Origin: Phaeosaccion multiseriatum
Lineage: Eukaryota; Protista; Ochrophyta, other classes
DNA length: 64,000 nucleotides
Direction: 5' to 3'
Assembly: GCA_965112735.1 (NCBI GenBank)
Contig: OZ218954.1
Span: 2,108,001-2,172,000, forward strand
Below are positions 62,786 to 64,000 of this stretch, in pieces (position 1 is the first letter of the stretch; every line of letters starts with the position of its first letter). Both the position numbers and the translations under genes were made by a program. The notes under the pieces are model-generated. The model did not search any database and was not told where the DNA came from. It was given only the letters and a program-made list of their open reading frames with translations.

Positions 62786-63682
62786 ATGATTATGGAGACG
62801 GGAGACGGTGGGAAAGCAGCTCCTGCAGCTGCAGCGGAGCGCTTGAGGTCAAGAATCCTTCCTCTGTGGAGCGGCTTTTCGGCTTGCGAGGAGCGCTGGG
62901 AAGCCACCTACGAAGGCTTTTTACGGTGCTTCGATGTTGTCTCTGCCACCTTGCCTGCAGCCAACGAGGCAGCAAAAGCAGCAGCAGAGTTGCTCCCCAC
63001 GCCATTAGCAGAAACAGGCTCAGGAGGTGCTCGAATTCCAAAAAGCGGCAAGCTGGAAACACCTCCAGCGAGGGAGGCGCATGCTCGGGAAGCGTACCTC
63101 CGGGCAGAAGATGGACTTTCGACGATGCACGCTCTTGTGGACAAGGCGGAAGGGCTCACGGAGGAGATGAGGGACATCATCGATAAGGTTCAAGGCGAGC
63201 TTTTCAATGCCCAGGATTCGGCCTCTTCTTTGGCTTCGGAAAGGAAAGGCGGAAGAAGAGGAAGAGGAGGGCGTCGGGCCCCTACGGCAGAGGAGCGCGT
63301 GGCAATGACGGTAGACACAGGAAAGACAGCGACGTGGCTGTCCCCCGTGGACATGCTGCAGATGCTCAAGACCAAATGGGATGCCCATCTCACAGAGTTG
63401 GAGCTCTGGGAAGCGGTGGCCGACTCGCTTCGATACGGCGGCGAAGCCGAAGGACCACAGGGATATGCGACAGGAGGGGGCGAAGCAGTAGGAGCAGTAG
63501 GAGCAGTAGGAGCAGCAGGAGCAGCAGCAGGGGTGGCCTGGGGGCCTGCGCCAATGTCAATGCGCGATATGCCCGCTGTGCGAGCCATGCTGACTCTGCG
63601 GGTGTTTCGCGACGAGCATGTCACTCACAAGATGGAGGAGGCCGTGGAGCTCGCAAAGGCAACGGGGCAGAAAGGGCTATGA
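62786..63682 (+). CDS. Intronless hypothetical alpha-helical/coiled-coil protein (298 aa)
   Basis: ATG-to-TGA ORF of non-repetitive, coding-like composition with amphipathic helical character. Confidence 0.72.
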   Translation: MIMETGDGGKAAPAAAAERLRSRILPLWSGFSACEERWEATYEGFLRCFDVVSATLPAANEAAKAAAELLPTPLAETGSGGARIPKSGKLETPPAREAHAREAYLRAEDGLSTMHALVDKAEGLTEEMRDIIDKVQGELFNAQDSASSLASERKGGRRGRGGRRAPTAEERVAMTVDTGKTATWLSPVDMLQMLKTKWDAHLTELELWEAVADSLRYGGEAEGPQGYATGGGEAVGAVGAVGAAGAAAGVAWGPAPMSMRDMPAVRAMLTLRVFRDEHVTHKMEEAVELAKATGQKGL

Positions 63683-63839
63683 GGGCATGTGGTCCTGTGA
63701 GGCCTCTCTTACTCAAGCATTGGTAGGCAACGGAGCAGCAGGGGCTGTTAGGCCTCTTCTCTTGGCTAAGCTTTGGTCCAGAGCATTGGTGAAGAGAGCA
63801 GTGGCAAGAGGAGGCGTCAAGGCGGGGAGGGGCCAGCTG

Positions 63840-63929
63840 CACGAGTCTGTCTGTCCCTCCATCCAAGACCTATGCAGGAGCACTCACGAGTCTGTCTGCC
63901 CCTCCATCCAAGACCTATGCAGGAGCACT
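63840..63929 (+). repeat. 45-bp direct tandem duplication
   Basis: CACGAGTCTGTCTG(T/C)CCCTCCATCCAAGACCTATGCAGGAGCACT x2, one mismatch. Confidence 0.95.
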
Positions 63930-64000
63930 CCCCGTGATGACACACGCACCCAGAGAGAGAAAAAGCGCAAGGGAGAGAGAACGAGAGGCTCAGATACGTG

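Overview
Eukaryotic nuclear DNA: GC-rich, intron-dense and saturated with microsatellites. It most likely comes from a photosynthetic stramenopile (eustigmatophyte-like), because several proteins start with a signal peptide followed by an ASAF-type Phe motif and there is a plastid-type long RelA/SpoT homologue. Most ORFs in the supplied track are repeat artefacts, so I rebuilt spliced gene models by hand from GT/GC-AG sites and checked reading-frame phase. About 12 genes result: (1) a TMEM181/Wntless-like multipass membrane domain fused to a class-3 lipase (-, runs off the left edge); (2) a long RSH ppGpp synthetase/hydrolase (+); (3) a plastid-type alpha/beta hydrolase (-); (4) a secreted beta-propeller-like protein (+); (5) a hypothetical protein (-); (6) an ankyrin + multi-FN3 protein with a 100-Gln tract (+); (7) a 74-aa four-exon SMIM4/UQCC5-like microprotein not visible in the ORF track (+); (8) glyoxalase II with an N-terminal plastid-type signal and C-terminal PKL (-); (9) a TruA/Pus1 pseudouridine synthase with a probable GC-AG intron (+); (10) a hypothetical protein (+); (11) a short divergent HSF-domain protein (+); (12) an intronless hypothetical protein (+). 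There is also an orphan exon pair. Three non-coding patterns stand out. Many introns carry mutually complementary microsatellites at their 5' and 3' ends, suggesting structure-assisted splicing. Intronic microsatellites often grow directly out of the donor hexamer. A dispersed 12-nt element (GTATCACCAACT) recurs, usually inside (GCT)n tracts, often just before 3' splice sites and in antisense inside exons.
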